DNA of 64,000 nucleotides, from IMG/VR virus record IMGVR_UViG_3300008108_000023, positions 64,001-128,000 of that record, one strand, 5' to 3'. Positions 16,973 through 28,800 of the stretch are shown here, in pieces. The stretch is from a virus (lineage: Duplodnaviria; Heunggongvirae; Uroviricota; Caudoviricetes). Position 1 is the first letter of the stretch. Each line of letters starts with the position of its first letter. Position numbers and translations under genes: made by a program. The notes below the pieces were generated by a model that searched no databases, had not been told where the DNA came from, and worked only from the letters and a program-made list of their open reading frames with translations.

Positions 16973-19537
16973 TTAACATCCATCACCAATTGTATACTGA
17001 GTAGTTACCGAACCAGAAACTACTTCATAAATTACACTTCCAATTTGAAAAAACCCATCAAATGTTGTTGTTAAGTTATTATTCGTGTAGATGGTAACAC
17101 CTGAATCATAAATATTGACCACATTTGGTAATGTGTATAATGTTACACTATACGAACCTGAACACAACACAACCCCACTACAGTAATTTGTACATCCAAC
17201 CATATTCCATTCTTGATATGTCGGACTAGGTGTTGGTGTAACTGATGGAGTTTTAGTTGGGGTTGGGGTTTTAGTTAAAGTAGGGGTTGGGGTTGGGGAA
17301 ACCGCTACCAAGGATGAACCACAAATTTCGTATAGAGCATTATCATTTATACCATATATTGTATTTGTCGGTACATACAAAGGTTTAGAAATACCGTCAC
17401 CAATAATTTCACTAAATATACCTGTTGTCGGGTCTAGAACACCTAAGAATCCATCTGACAATGTTGAATATCTGCTAATATATAATTTACCGTTATCAGG
17501 ATTATATATCATAGACCTTGTTGAGCCAAAAATCCAAGTTGCTCCCGATATTGAATTTAAAGTAAGTGTGGTGTTTGTTGCAACATCTATTTTGTATACC
17601 GTAGACGCACTAACTAAATAAATAATATTGTTCGTCACATCCAAAGCAATTAAACTTGCTGAGGTGATTGGTAGTGATGTACCATCTAACGAAATAGTAT
17701 TACCAGAACAAGAATATATTCTACCACTCTGAGCGAAATATAATTTATTATTATTAGGATTGTAAACAGTCGCTTCAGGGTTTGATAAAGTTATACCTGT
17801 AATTTGGTTTGTAAAAGTATCTGTTGAACCATCTATGACACTAATTTGTGAAACTGAAAAATTTCCACCTGTTTGACTAAATGCATAAATTTTATTTAAA
17901 ACAGAATTATATTCAATTTTTCCTAAACCTGATGTTATTCCCGAAATTGATATTGACGATGTTGTGTTTGTGTTTAAATTTCTTATTAACATTTTAACAG
18001 GAAATGATGATTCCCAACTGTATAATTTGTTGTTAGTTGAGTTATATCCTAATAATAAACTACTTCCTGACCATGTAAATTCATTTGTTAAACTTGTTGA
18101 ATTTGGGACAAAAGATTGTACAACACTTGATGCGTTTAGAACGTATGCTTTGTTATTTGATGATGAATAAACCATACCTTGTCTACCAACGGCAGAATAT
18201 GAATTCGTTGCGGCAAGAGTATTTCTAACTGAATCACTACAACCACCTGATGGTGTTGGGGTCAGGGTCGGGGTTACGGTATTAGTAGGTGTTACACTTG
18301 GGGTCGCAACTGGATTACCGGATGGACTTGGTGTTGGGGTTTTTGTTGGGGTCGGGGTTGGAGATACAATAGGTACAGGTAATGTAAAATTCACAGAATT
18401 AGTACACGTACCAGTACTTTGAACTGTAAATGTTGTTATTGAATAACACACAAGTGCGGTATACCCAGATAATAATTGAGATGTTGTCACACCAGTTGCA
18501 ATTAATACTATAGTTCCTCCTGTTGTTGTTCCCGAAATATTATAAGGTCCGGCTTGCGTTAAAAAATAAATTGGGTGTAATGAGAATGTATATTGAGTAC
18601 ATCCTGTAGGTACTAGTGAAGGTGATGGGGTTACTGTGGGTGTTACACTAACAGTTACCGAAGGTGTTAATGAAGGGGTATTTGTGGGTGTATTTGTTGG
18701 TGTAACCGAAGGTGTCGAACCTAACGTACTTGACGGTGTATTTGTGGGTGTATTTGTTGGTGTAACCGAAGGTGTCGGAGTTAGACTTGGAGTTTTTGTT
18801 GGAGTTACAGTATTTGTTGGGGTTGGGGTTTCGGAAGGAGTTTCGGAAGGAGTTTGTGTTAATGTGGGTGTTGGAGTTGGGGTCACACTCGGACAAACTA
18901 CAGTACAGAAACCATTGAAAGATATCCCTGCATATGGGTAACTCGGGTCGTAACAAACATATGTTGGTGAAAATGAACCACTATGATATACACCACAACA
19001 GTCCGTATAATACCAATTTGGTGAATCGGTTATACCTGAGTAACATAAAGTTGGTGTGGGTGTTGGAGTAGGGGTAGGAGTTGGACTTGGTGGTGTTAAA
19101 CAGTCAATACAATTTGTAAAAAGAGCATTTTCAGAAATTAATTGTGCAACAGTATAATTGTAAGTGGTGCTACCAGTGCCTTGTTCATAAACTCCTGTAT
19201 AGTTGTAACATGTACCATCATAAGAAATTGTTGCACCTGTACTTTGGAAATACTGATTAACTTCTGAATTTTTTAAACCAAAGTAAACAAATGCCCCTGG
19301 TATTTGGCAATGTTCAAATTGCCACCCATTAAAATCGTCGTTACATTGTTCACAGGTTGTATAACCACTAAAAATAACCGTACCTGACGGTCCACCTCCG
19401 ACATTTCCTGTTGAAGACCAACATTGGTAATCAGCAAAAATCGTGTCACCCGATAATACTAAACTGTCATCGACGACAAAATCATAGTATGACGCTGGGT
19501 CTAAACAATTTTGAAATGTTATTATTTGTGCTGGCAT
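16973..19537 (-). CDS. T/P-linker protein with Cys-rich modules and a YVTN/YncE-like beta-propeller
   Basis: Two N-terminal Cys modules, T/P tracts, and ~40-aa repeats YSSSNNKAY, YNSTNNKLY, YNSVLNKIY, YNPNNNKLY, DVTNNIIY, YNPDNGKLY. Confidence 0.8.
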   Translation of the reverse strand: MPAQIITFQNCLDPASYYDFVVDDSLVLSGDTIFADYQCWSSTGNVGGGPSGTVIFSGYTTCEQCNDDFNGWQFEHCQIPGAFVYFGLKNSEVNQYFQSTGATISYDGTCYNYTGVYEQGTGSTTYNYTVAQLISENALFTNCIDCLTPPSPTPTPTPTPTPTLCYSGITDSPNWYYTDCCGVYHSGSFSPTYVCYDPSYPYAGISFNGFCTVVCPSVTPTPTPTLTQTPSETPSETPTPTNTVTPTKTPSLTPTPSVTPTNTPTNTPSSTLGSTPSVTPTNTPTNTPSLTPSVTVSVTPTVTPSPSLVPTGCTQYTFSLHPIYFLTQAGPYNISGTTTGGTIVLIATGVTTSQLLSGYTALVCYSITTFTVQSTGTCTNSVNFTLPVPIVSPTPTPTKTPTPSPSGNPVATPSVTPTNTVTPTLTPTPSGGCSDSVRNTLAATNSYSAVGRQGMVYSSSNNKAYVLNASSVVQSFVPNSTSLTNEFTWSGSSLLLGYNSTNNKLYSWESSFPVKMLIRNLNTNTTSSISISGITSGLGKIEYNSVLNKIYAFSQTGGNFSVSQISVIDGSTDTFTNQITGITLSNPEATVYNPNNNKLYFAQSGRIYSCSGNTISLDGTSLPITSASLIALDVTNNIIYLVSASTVYKIDVATNTTLTLNSISGATWIFGSTRSMIYNPDNGKLYISRYSTLSDGFLGVLDPTTGIFSEIIGDGISKPLYVPTNTIYGINDNALYEICGSSLVAVSPTPTPTLTKTPTPTKTPSVTPTPSPTYQEWNMVGCTNYCSGVVLCSGSYSVTLYTLPNVVNIYDSGVTIYTNNNLTTTFDGFFQIGSVIYEVVSGSVTTQYTIGDGC

Positions 19538-19554
19538 TTATTACTATTCTTTCT

Positions 19555-19561
19555 ATAAATA
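19555..19561 (-). promoter_or_regulatory. Recurrent TATTTAT motif
   Basis: AGTATTTATA, 17 nt before the ATG at 19537. Confidence 0.6.
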
Positions 19562-19581
19562 CTTAAATCATTATTTTATCA

Positions 19582-22500
19582 TTAACATGCTTCTCCACAA
19601 AATGTGTTACAATAATCACCACAACCAGTACCGTATGTATATTGCGAAGTATATATTGGTGGTACGAAGTTTCCTCTAAACAATATAAACACATTTGTCA
19701 CTCTCATAAGACAAACGCTATAATTACCAGGGGCGTTATAACCTTGTGTTGTGAATGTACCATCACAACATTGGTATGCAAAGTATACTTGATTATCATC
19801 TGAGGCTGTTAAATCATTAATATCAACAAAAAAGTCTGTACACAAACAATCACCACAAGCACCATCATACGTTATCTCCCCACCATAAGGACCTAATACA
19901 CTTGGAATACTACATGAACATATCTCAATTGTACCACTTGCTGGGTACACATTTGGGTCAAGTATTTCTGTGGGTGTTCCTCCACCGCAACAAGTGGTAT
20001 AGTTAACTATATTACCAGGTCCTAATCCTGTAATAATATATGACTCACAAACACATGGTGGAGTTGGGGTTGGGGTCGGAGTTGGAGTTGGGGTTGGGGT
20101 TGATGACGGATTTGAAACCGGAGATGGTGTTGGAGTGTTTGTTGGAGTGTTTGTTGGAGTTACAGTCTTGGTTGGTGTATTTGTAGGAGTATTGGTTGGT
20201 GTTAAAGTTGGAGTAACTGTCCTTGTTGGAGTATTTGTAGGGGTAAAGGTTGGAGTTACAGTCTTGGTTGGAGTATTTGTAGGGGTAAAGGTTGGAGTTA
20301 CAGTCTTGGTTGGTGTATTTGTAGGGGTAAAGGTTGGAGTTACAGTCTTGGTTGGTGTATTTGTAGGAGTATTGGTTGGTGTTAAAGTTGGAGTAACTGT
20401 CCTTGTTGGTGTATTTGTCGGTGTTTTTGTTGGGGTTAAAGTTGGTGTAACTGTTGGTGTAACTGTTGGGGTTGGTGAAGGACAAGGGTGATAAGTTTCA
20501 CATTCAGTACATGTATTGTATGTACCATACGCAGTGATTGCGGAACCAGGTACTCCTGGTCCGACTGAGTTTGTAACAAAATAACAACAACCATTAATTG
20601 ATATATAACGGTTTACTAAAAGATTTGGGTTAAATCCATTTTGACAACCAAATTGAATTGTATATTGTCCTGTTGTACCACAACATCCACATCTTTGTAA
20701 ATCGAAAATCCAAGTGGCGCATGGGTTAGCTCCAATACATGTTTCACATGTATCAACACTAAATGATGATGGTGGATAATACCCGTCAACCCCACTAAAG
20801 TTTGGTGGTGAGTAGGTTTGACTATAACCTTCAACAAAATAACAACATCCATTTATAACAATAGTTTGACCTTGTGAAATACCGCTTTGAACATAGGTCA
20901 AATTAGTTGTTATACTTAAATAAGAAATAGTATTACCTAAAATACCACCATCACAACATGGTAATAAATAAACATAACCAACCTGTAAGGATGGTGATGG
21001 TGTTACTGTGCTTGTTGGTGTTAATGTAGGAGTTAAAGTTGGTGTAACTGTTTTTGTTGGTGTATTGGTAGGGGTTACGGATGGTGTTCTCGTAGGAGTA
21101 ACACTATTGGTTGGGGTGTTAGTCGGGGTTAAAGTTGGTGTAACTGTTCTTGTTGGTGTATTGGTAGGGGTTACCGTAGGGCTAACAGTGGCGGCTGGAG
21201 TTCTTGTTGGAGTAACAGTATTTGTTGGGGTATTGGTTGGTGTGAGAGTTGGTGTAACTGTTCTTGTTGGTGTATTGGTAGGGGTTACCGTATTCGTAGG
21301 TGTAACAGTTCTGGTTGGTGTTGGTGTCGGGGTTGGTGATGGACAAAAATTTAGAGTTTCTCCTAAACATTGTGCACAACTTGTCTGAACAGTAGTGTAA
21401 ATCGTACCTCCAGGTCCTACCTGTTGCACATACGTTGCACATAACTGAATGTCTTGTAAATAAAATACCGTACCTAACAATGTACCTAATGGTACTTGAC
21501 CATAATAAACATTGGTGTCACCAGGACAACATGATTCAAATCTAGCAGCAACATACTGAGGACTAGCCGTTGGGGTTACTGTTTTGGTTGGTGTCAATGT
21601 TGGTGTAACAGTATTTGTTGGAGTGTTAGTTGGTGTTACGGTTGGACTAACTGTGGCAGCCGGTGTTCTTGTTGGTGTAACAGTATTTGTTGGGGTATTT
21701 GTTGGAGTTACCGTAGGACTAACAGTGGCTGCTGGAGTTCTTGTTGGGGTATTGGTTGGGGTAACAGTATTTGTGGGGGTTACTGTGTTCGTTGGGGTAT
21801 TGGTAGGTGTATTTGTTGGTGTTAATGTTGGACTAACAGTAGCCGCTGGTGTTCTTGTTGGTGTAACAGTATTTGTTGGGGTATTTGTTGGAGTTACCGT
21901 ATTTGTTGGAGTATTAGTTGGGGTGTTAGTTGGTGTTACAGTGTTGGTTGGTGTATTAGTTGGAGTTAAAGTTGGTGTAACTGTTCTTGTTGGTGTATTG
22001 GTAGGTGTAACTGTATTCGTAGGGGTGACTGTATTAGTTGGAGTGTTGGTTGGAGTATTAGTTGGAGTTAAGGTTGGACTAACAGTGGCAGCTGGTGTTC
22101 TTGTCGGGGTTACGGTATTAGTAGGGGTATTGGTTGGAGTTACCGTATTTGTTGGAGTATTAGTTGGGGTGTTGGTTGGAGTAACAGTGTTGGTTGGGGT
22201 GTTAGTAGGGGTGTTGGTCGGTGTAACTGTATTTGTTGGAGTAACAGTATTAGTAGGTGTGTTTGTTGGTGTGTTAGTCGGTGTTAATGTTGGACTAACA
22301 GTAGCCGCTGGTGTTCTCGTAGGAGTTACAGTATTGGTAGGAGTATTGGTAGGAGTAACGGTGTTTGTTGGGGTGTTTGTAGGAGTATTGGTTGGTGTTA
22401 CAGTATTGGTTGGAGTATTGGTTGGTGTAAAAGTTGGTGTAACAGTTTTTGTTGGTGTATTAGTAGGAGTATTGGTCGGTGTGACAGTGTTGGTTGGTGT

Positions 22501-22803
22501 TACTGTATTTGTTGGAGTATTGGTTGGGGTATTGGTTGGTGTAAGGGTAGGACTAACAGTGGCTGCCGGAGTTCTTGTTGGAGTAACAGTATTGGTTGGG
22601 GTATTGGTTGGTGTAACAGTATTAGTCGGCGTATTGGTTGGAGTATTTGTTGGTGTGACTGTATTCGTTGGAGTGTTAGTAGGTGTAAAAGTTGGTGTGA
22701 CGGTTCTTGTTGGTGTATTGGTTGGTGTAACGGTATTGGTTGGGGTGTTTGTGGGTGTAAGGGTAGGACTAACAGTGGCGGCCGGAGTTCTTGTTGGAGT
22801 CAC
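19582..22803 (-). CDS. C-terminal part of the giant T/P-repeat protein (T/P tracts + Cys-rich modules)
   Basis: The track's start is a GTG (Val) inside the repeat with no intergenic space. The frame continues upstream in repeat register to the lesion at ~23085, so this is probably not an independent gene start. Confidence 0.75.
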   Translation of the reverse strand: MTPTRTPAATVSPTLTPTNTPTNTVTPTNTPTRTVTPTFTPTNTPTNTVTPTNTPTNTPTNTVTPTNTPTNTVTPTRTPAATVSPTLTPTNTPTNTPTNTVTPTNTVTPTNTPTNTPTKTVTPTFTPTNTPTNTVTPTNTPTNTPTNTVTPTNTPTNTVTPTRTPAATVSPTLTPTNTPTNTPTNTVTPTNTVTPTNTPTNTPTNTVTPTNTPTNTPTNTVTPTNTPTNTVTPTRTPAATVSPTLTPTNTPTNTPTNTVTPTNTVTPTNTPTRTVTPTLTPTNTPTNTVTPTNTPTNTPTNTVTPTNTPTNTVTPTRTPAATVSPTLTPTNTPTNTPTNTVTPTNTVTPTNTPTRTPAATVSPTVTPTNTPTNTVTPTRTPAATVSPTVTPTNTPTNTVTPTLTPTKTVTPTASPQYVAARFESCCPGDTNVYYGQVPLGTLLGTVFYLQDIQLCATYVQQVGPGGTIYTTVQTSCAQCLGETLNFCPSPTPTPTPTRTVTPTNTVTPTNTPTRTVTPTLTPTNTPTNTVTPTRTPAATVSPTVTPTNTPTRTVTPTLTPTNTPTNSVTPTRTPSVTPTNTPTKTVTPTLTPTLTPTSTVTPSPSLQVGYVYLLPCCDGGILGNTISYLSITTNLTYVQSGISQGQTIVINGCCYFVEGYSQTYSPPNFSGVDGYYPPSSFSVDTCETCIGANPCATWIFDLQRCGCCGTTGQYTIQFGCQNGFNPNLLVNRYISINGCCYFVTNSVGPGVPGSAITAYGTYNTCTECETYHPCPSPTPTVTPTVTPTLTPTKTPTNTPTRTVTPTLTPTNTPTNTPTKTVTPTFTPTNTPTKTVTPTFTPTNTPTKTVTPTFTPTNTPTRTVTPTLTPTNTPTNTPTKTVTPTNTPTNTPTPSPVSNPSSTPTPTPTPTPTPTPPCVCESYIITGLGPGNIVNYTTCCGGGTPTEILDPNVYPASGTIEICSCSIPSVLGPYGGEITYDGACGDCLCTDFFVDINDLTASDDNQVYFAYQCCDGTFTTQGYNAPGNYSVCLMRVTNVFILFRGNFVPPIYTSQYTYGTGCGDYCNTFCGEAC

Positions 22804-25800
22804 TGTATTGGTCGGTGTGTTGGTGGGTGTGACTGTGTTAGTAGGTGTATTTGTAGGTGTATTAGTTGGTGTGACTGTATTTGTTGGAGTGTTTGTTGGG
22901 GTGTTTGTGGGTGTAACAGTATTAGTAGGAGTATTGGTTGGTGTTACAGTTTTGGTTGGAGTGTTAGTAGGTGTAACAGTATTAGTAGGTGTATTGGTAG
23001 GTGTATTGGTTGGTGTAACAGTATTCGTAGGAGTATTTGTTGGAGTATTTGTTGGACTAACAGTAGCTGCTGGTGTTCTTGTTTTACAGTGTTAGTCGGA
23101 GTGTTAGTTGGTGTATTCGTTGGTGTAACGGTATTTGTTGGGGTGTTAGTTGGTGTATTTGTTGGTGTTACTGTATTGGTAGGAGTATTTGTAGGACTCA
23201 ATGTAGGTGTAACTGTATTGGTCGGTGTTAAAGTTGGTGTAACTGTCTTTGTTGGTGTATTAGTAGGTGTCTGAGTTGGTGTAACTGTATTAGTCGGAGT
23301 ATTAGTAGGCGTAACAGTGTTTGTTGGAGTATTGGTTGGGGTATTTGTAGGAGTTACCGTATTGGTTGGGGTGTTTGTAGGAGTATTGGTAGGGGTGACA
23401 GTCTTGGTTGGAGTATTTGTGGGGGTAACAGTATTTGTTGGGGTAACCGTATTAGTTGGTGTGTTGGTTGGAGTATTTGTTGGGGTTAGAGTTGGTGTAA
23501 CAGTTTTTGTTGGTGTATTAGTTGGAGTAACGGTATTTGTTGGGGTATTGGTTGGGGTATTTGTAGGAGTTACCGTATTAGTCGGGGTATTAGTAGGCGT
23601 AACAGTGTTTGTTGGAGTATTGGTTGGGGTGTTTGTAGGAGTTAAGGTAGGTGTAACAGTCTTGGTTGGGGTGTTGGTTGGTGTAACTGTATTAGTAGGT
23701 GTGTTAGTTGGTGTAACTGTATTAGTAGGTGTATTTGTTGGAGTATTTGTTGGGGTAACAGTATTCGTAGGAGTATTGGTCGGTGTTAATGTAGGAGTAA
23801 CAGTTCTTGTTGGAGTATTTGTTGGGGTAACAGTATTCGTAGGAGTATTAGTAGGTGTTAATGTAGGTGTAACAGTCTTGGTCGGAGTGTTTGTAGGAGT
23901 ATTTGTTGGTGTAACAGTGTTTGTTGGTGTTACCGTGTTTGTAGGAGTATTGGTAGGAGTGTTCGTTGGAGTATTGGTTGGTGTTAATGTAGGTGTAACA
24001 GTATTAGTAGGTGTTAATGTAGGTGTAACAGTCTTGGTTGGGGTGTTTGTAGGAGTATTTGTTGGTGTAACGGTGTTCGTAGGGGTAACTGTAGGACTCA
24101 ATGTAGGGGTTACAGTATTGGTCGGAGTATTAGTAGGTGTTAATGTAGGTGTAACAGTCTTGGTTGGTGTATTGGTTGGGGTAACCGTGTTAGTTGGTGT
24201 GTTGGTGGGTGTTACTGTATTAGTAGGAGTAACTGTAGGACTCAATGTAGGAGTTACAGTCTTGGTTGGTGTATTAGTGGGTGTGTTTGTTGGTGTAACA
24301 GTATTGGTTGGGGTAACCGTGTTAGTTGGTGTGTTGGTTGGAGTATTTGTTGGGGTATTGGTTGGGGTGACTGTCTTAGTCGGTGTATTAGTTGGGGTTA
24401 CTGTATTTGTTGGTGTAACCGTATTTGTTGGTGTATTTGTGGGTGTATTGGTTGGAGTTAAAGTTGGTGTTACAGTTTTTGTTGGTGTGTTGGTCGGTGT
24501 AACTGTATTTGTTGGTGTATTTGTGGGTGTATTGGTCGGTGTAACTGTATTTGTTGGAGTATTTGTTGGGGTGTTAGTGGGTGTAACAGTATTAGTAGGA
24601 GTATTTGTGGGCGTATTGGTCGGTGTAACTGTATTTGTCGGAGTATTGGTTGGGGTATTTGTTGGTGTAACGGTGTTCGTAGGGGTAACTGTAGGACTCA
24701 ATGTAGGGGTTACAGTGTTTGTAGGAGTGTTTGTGGGAGTGTTGGTTGGGGTAACTGTATTAGTAGGAGTAACTGTAGGGGTGACAGTTTTAGTAGGTGT
24801 ATTAGTTGGAGTATTGGTAGGGGTTACAGTATTAGTAGGGGTATTTGTAGGAGTTAATGTAGGAGTTACAGTCTTGGTTGGGGTATTTGTTGGTGTAACG
24901 GTGTTCGTAGGGGTAACTGTAGGACTCAATGTGGGAGTCACCGTATTGGTCGGAGTATTGGTGGGGGTTACTGTATTAGTAGGAGTATTAGTAGGAGTAT
25001 TGGTTGGGGTTACCGTGTTGGTCGGAGTTAAAGTTGGTGTAACAGTTTTTGTTGGTGTATTGGTTGGAGTTACAGTGTTCGTAGGGGTATTTGTTGGTGT
25101 TAGAGTTGGTGTAACAGTTTTTGTTGGTGTATTAGTAGGAGTTACGGTGTTAGTTGGAGTGTTGGTAGGTGTGTTAGTTGGTGTTACAGTGTTGGTTGGT
25201 GTATTAGTAGGTGTCTGAGTTGGTGTAACTGTCTTGGTTGGGGTATTAGTTGGCGTTACAGTATTGGTTGGGGTTACCGTATTTGTAGGAGTTACGGTAT
25301 TGGTTGGAGTAACAGTATTAGTCGGCGTTACTGTGTTAGTTGGGGTGTTAGTGGGGGTAACAGTATTAGTAGGAGTAACGGAATTCGTGGGAGTGTTTGT
25401 AGGAGTGTTTGTTGGTGTTAATGTAGGTGTTACGGTTTTTGTTGGTGTATTGGTTGGGGTTACTGTATTTGTAGGAGTATTTGTAGGAGTTAAGGTAGGT
25501 GTAACAGTATTGGTTGGGGTATTGGTAGGTGTGTTGGTCGGGGTGACTGTGTTAGTTGGTGTAACTGTATTAGTTGGTGTATTCGTAGGGGTTTGAGTTG
25601 GTGTAACAGTATTGGTTGGGGTATTTGTTGGAGTTAAAGTTGGTGTGACAGTTTTTGTTGGTGTATTGGTAGGAGTTACGGTATTTGTAGGAGTATTAGT
25701 CGGTGTCTGAGTTGGTGTTACGGTGTTTGTTGGAGTATTGGTTGGAGTTAATGTAGGTGTTACAGTCTTGGTTGGTGTATTAGTTGGTGTTACAGTATTA

Positions 25801-28800
25801 GTAGGTGTAACAGTATTAGTAGGTGTAACAGTGTTTGTAGGTGTAACGGTATTGGTGGGAGTCACCGTATTAGTTGGTGTGTTAGTTGGGGTTACGGTGT
25901 TGGTTGGAGTAACGGTATTTGTTGGGGTGTTTGTAGGAGTGTTTGTTGGTGTTAATGTAGGTGTTACGGTTTTTGTTGGTGTATTGGTTGGTGTAACAGT
26001 ATTTGTTGGTGTGTTGGTGGGTGTGTTGGTGGGTGTTACAGTATTAGTTGGGGTATTAGTAGGACTCAATGTTGGGGTAACAGTATTCGTTGGTGTTACA
26101 GTATTGGTTGGAGTGTTTGTTGGGGTATTTGTTGGGGTTACGGTATTAGTAGGGGTATTGGTTGGAGTTAATGTAGGAGTAACAGTCTTGGTTGGTGTAT
26201 TAGTTGGCGTAACAGTGTTTGTTGGGGTGTTAGTTGGGGTATTTGTAGGGGTTACCGTATTGGTCGGAGTGTTGGTTGGTGTTAATGTAGGAGTAACAGT
26301 CTTGGTTGGAGTGTTTGTTGGGGTAACAGTATTGGTTGGAGTCACTGTATTAGTTGGTGTGTTGGTCGGTGTATTTGTTGGGGTTAAAGTTGGTGTGACA
26401 GTTTTTGTTGGTGTATTGGTTGGGGTTACTGTGTTAGTAGGAGTGTTTGTAGGTGTATTAGTAGGGGTATTAGTATTAGTCGGGGTATTGGTCGGTGTAA
26501 CTGTATTCGTTGGAGTAACGGTAGGAGTTAATGTAGGAGTAACAGTCTTGGTTGGTGTATTAGTAGGTGTGTTAGTAGGGGTTACCGTATTGGTTGGGGT
26601 GTTAGTCGGGGTAACTGTGTTAGTTGGTGTGTTAGTTGGTGTGTTGGTCGGAGTTACCGTATTTGTTGGAGTATTTGTAGGGGTTAAGGTAGGCGTAACA
26701 GTTCTTGTTGGAGTATTGGTCGGTGTAACTGTATTCGTTGGAGTTACAGTGTTAGTGGGGGTTACGGTATTGGTCGGCGTTACAGTGTTAGTCGGTGTTA
26801 CCGTATTAGTTGGAGTATTTGTTGGCGTAACAGTGTTTGTTGGAGTTACAGTGTTTGTGGGGGTATTGGTTGGAGTATTGGTGGGAGTCTGAGTTGGGGT
26901 GACTGTCTTAGTTGGGGTATTGGTCGGGGTAACTGTGTTGGTTGGAGTAACGGTATTTGTTGGGGTATTGGTCGGGGTATTGGTTGGAGTTAAAGTTGGC
27001 GTAACAGTGTTTGTTGGTGTATTGGTAGGTGTTACAGTATTAGTTGGGGTATTGGTTGGAGTTAAAGTTGGTGTAACAGTTTTTGTTGGTGTATTAGTTG
27101 GCGTTACAGTATTAGTTGGTGTGTTAGTTGGTGTGTTTGTTGGGGTTACCGTATTGGTCGGAGTTACCGTAGGACTCAATGTAGGAGTTACAGTATTAGT
27201 TGGTGTGTTGGTTGGTGTGACTGTATTCGTTGGAGTGTTAGTAGGTGTCTGAGTTGGGGTAACAGTATTTGTTGGAGTATTGGTAGGAGTATTGGTAGGG
27301 GTTACAGTATTGGTAGGAGTATTGGTAGGGGTTACAGTATTGGTAGGAGTATTCGTTGGGGTTAGAGTTGGTGTAACAGTTTTGGTAGGAGTATTAGTAG
27401 GGGTTACAGTATTTGTAGGAGTTACCGTAGGACTCAATGTGGGAGTCACCGTATTAGTTGGTGTATTGGTTGGGGTTACGGTGTTGGTTGGAGTGTTTGT
27501 AGGTGTATTAGTTGGAGTAACAGTATTTGTAGGTGTATTAGTCGGGGTATTGGTTGGTGTTACGGTGTTGGTTGGGGTTAAAGTTGGTGTGACAGTTTTT
27601 GTTGGTGTATTGGTTGGCGTAACAGTGTTTGTCGGAGTATTAGTTGGGGTGTTGGTTGGTGTATTAGTTGGAGTTACAGTGTTGGTTGGAGTGTTAGTTG
27701 GTGTTACGGTATTGGTTGGGGTTACTGTGTTTGTAGGAGTATTGGTCGGTGTATTCGTTGGGGTTAGAGTTGGTGTAACAGTTTTGGTAGGAGTATTAGT
27801 AGGAGTTATAGTATTCGTTGGTGTGTTGGTCGGTGTAACAGTATTAGTTGGGGTGTTGGTTGGGGTGTTGGTTGGAGTAACAGTATTAGTTGGAGTATTA
27901 GTTGGGGTGTTGGTTGGAGTAACAGTGTTTGTTGGGGTTACCGTAGGGCTCAATGTGGGAGTTACAGTTTTAGTAGGGGTGTTTGTTGGAGTTACGGTGT
28001 TGGTTGGGGTATTGGTTGGTGTGTTAGTTGGTGTAACTGTATTAGTGGGAGTCACTGTAGGGCTCAATGTTGGAGTTACAGTGTTGGTTGGGGTGTTAGT
28101 TGGTGTATTGGTTGGTGTAACTGTATTCGTTGGAGTGTTTGTAGGAGTGTTGGTTGGGGTTACAGTATTAGTTGGTGTGTTGGTTGGAGTTAATGTAGGT
28201 GTAACGGTTCTTGTGGGGGTGTTGGTAGGGGTTACGGTATTAGTTGGAGTGTTTGTTGGGGTATTTGTTGGGGTTACGGTATTAGTTGGAGTGTTTGTTG
28301 GGGTATTTGTTGGGGTTACGGTATTAGTAGGGGTATTGGTTGGGGTATTTGTTGGGGTTACGGTATTAGTAGGGGTATTGGTTGGAGTTAATGTAGGTGT
28401 AACGGTTCTTGTGGGGGTGCTGGTAGGGGTTACGGTGTTAGTTGGAGTGTTGGTAGGTGTGTTAGTTGGCGTAACGGTGTTAGTTGGAGTCACAGTCGGA
28501 CTCAATGTAGGTGTTACTGTATTTGTTGGGGTGTTGGTAGGGGTATTTGTAGGTGTTACGGTGTTGGTAGGTGTAACTGTTGGACTCAATGTAGGAGTCA
28601 CAGTATTTGTTGGTGTATTTGTAGGTGTGTTAGTTGGGGTAACGGTATTAGTTGGAGTGTTGGTTGGTGTATTTGTTGGTGTTACTGTGTTAGTAGGGGT
28701 ATTTGTGGGAGTATTTGTAGGTGTTACGGTGTTGGTAGGTGTAACTGTTGGACTCAATGTGGGAGTCACAGTTTTAGTAGGAGTATTTGTAGGTGTTACG

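Noticed and set aside
15039-21442. Short alternative-frame minus-strand ORFs inside T/P genes (QPQQQKHP..., YTNKY...)
   Set aside because: These are out-of-frame readings of the repeat nested within longer coherent ORFs, with no independent start signals.
22803-22803. GTG start for an independent 1,073-aa gene
   Set aside because: It is an ordinary Val codon in mid-repeat with no intergenic gap, promoter motif or N-terminal domain, and the frame is open upstream to the lesion.
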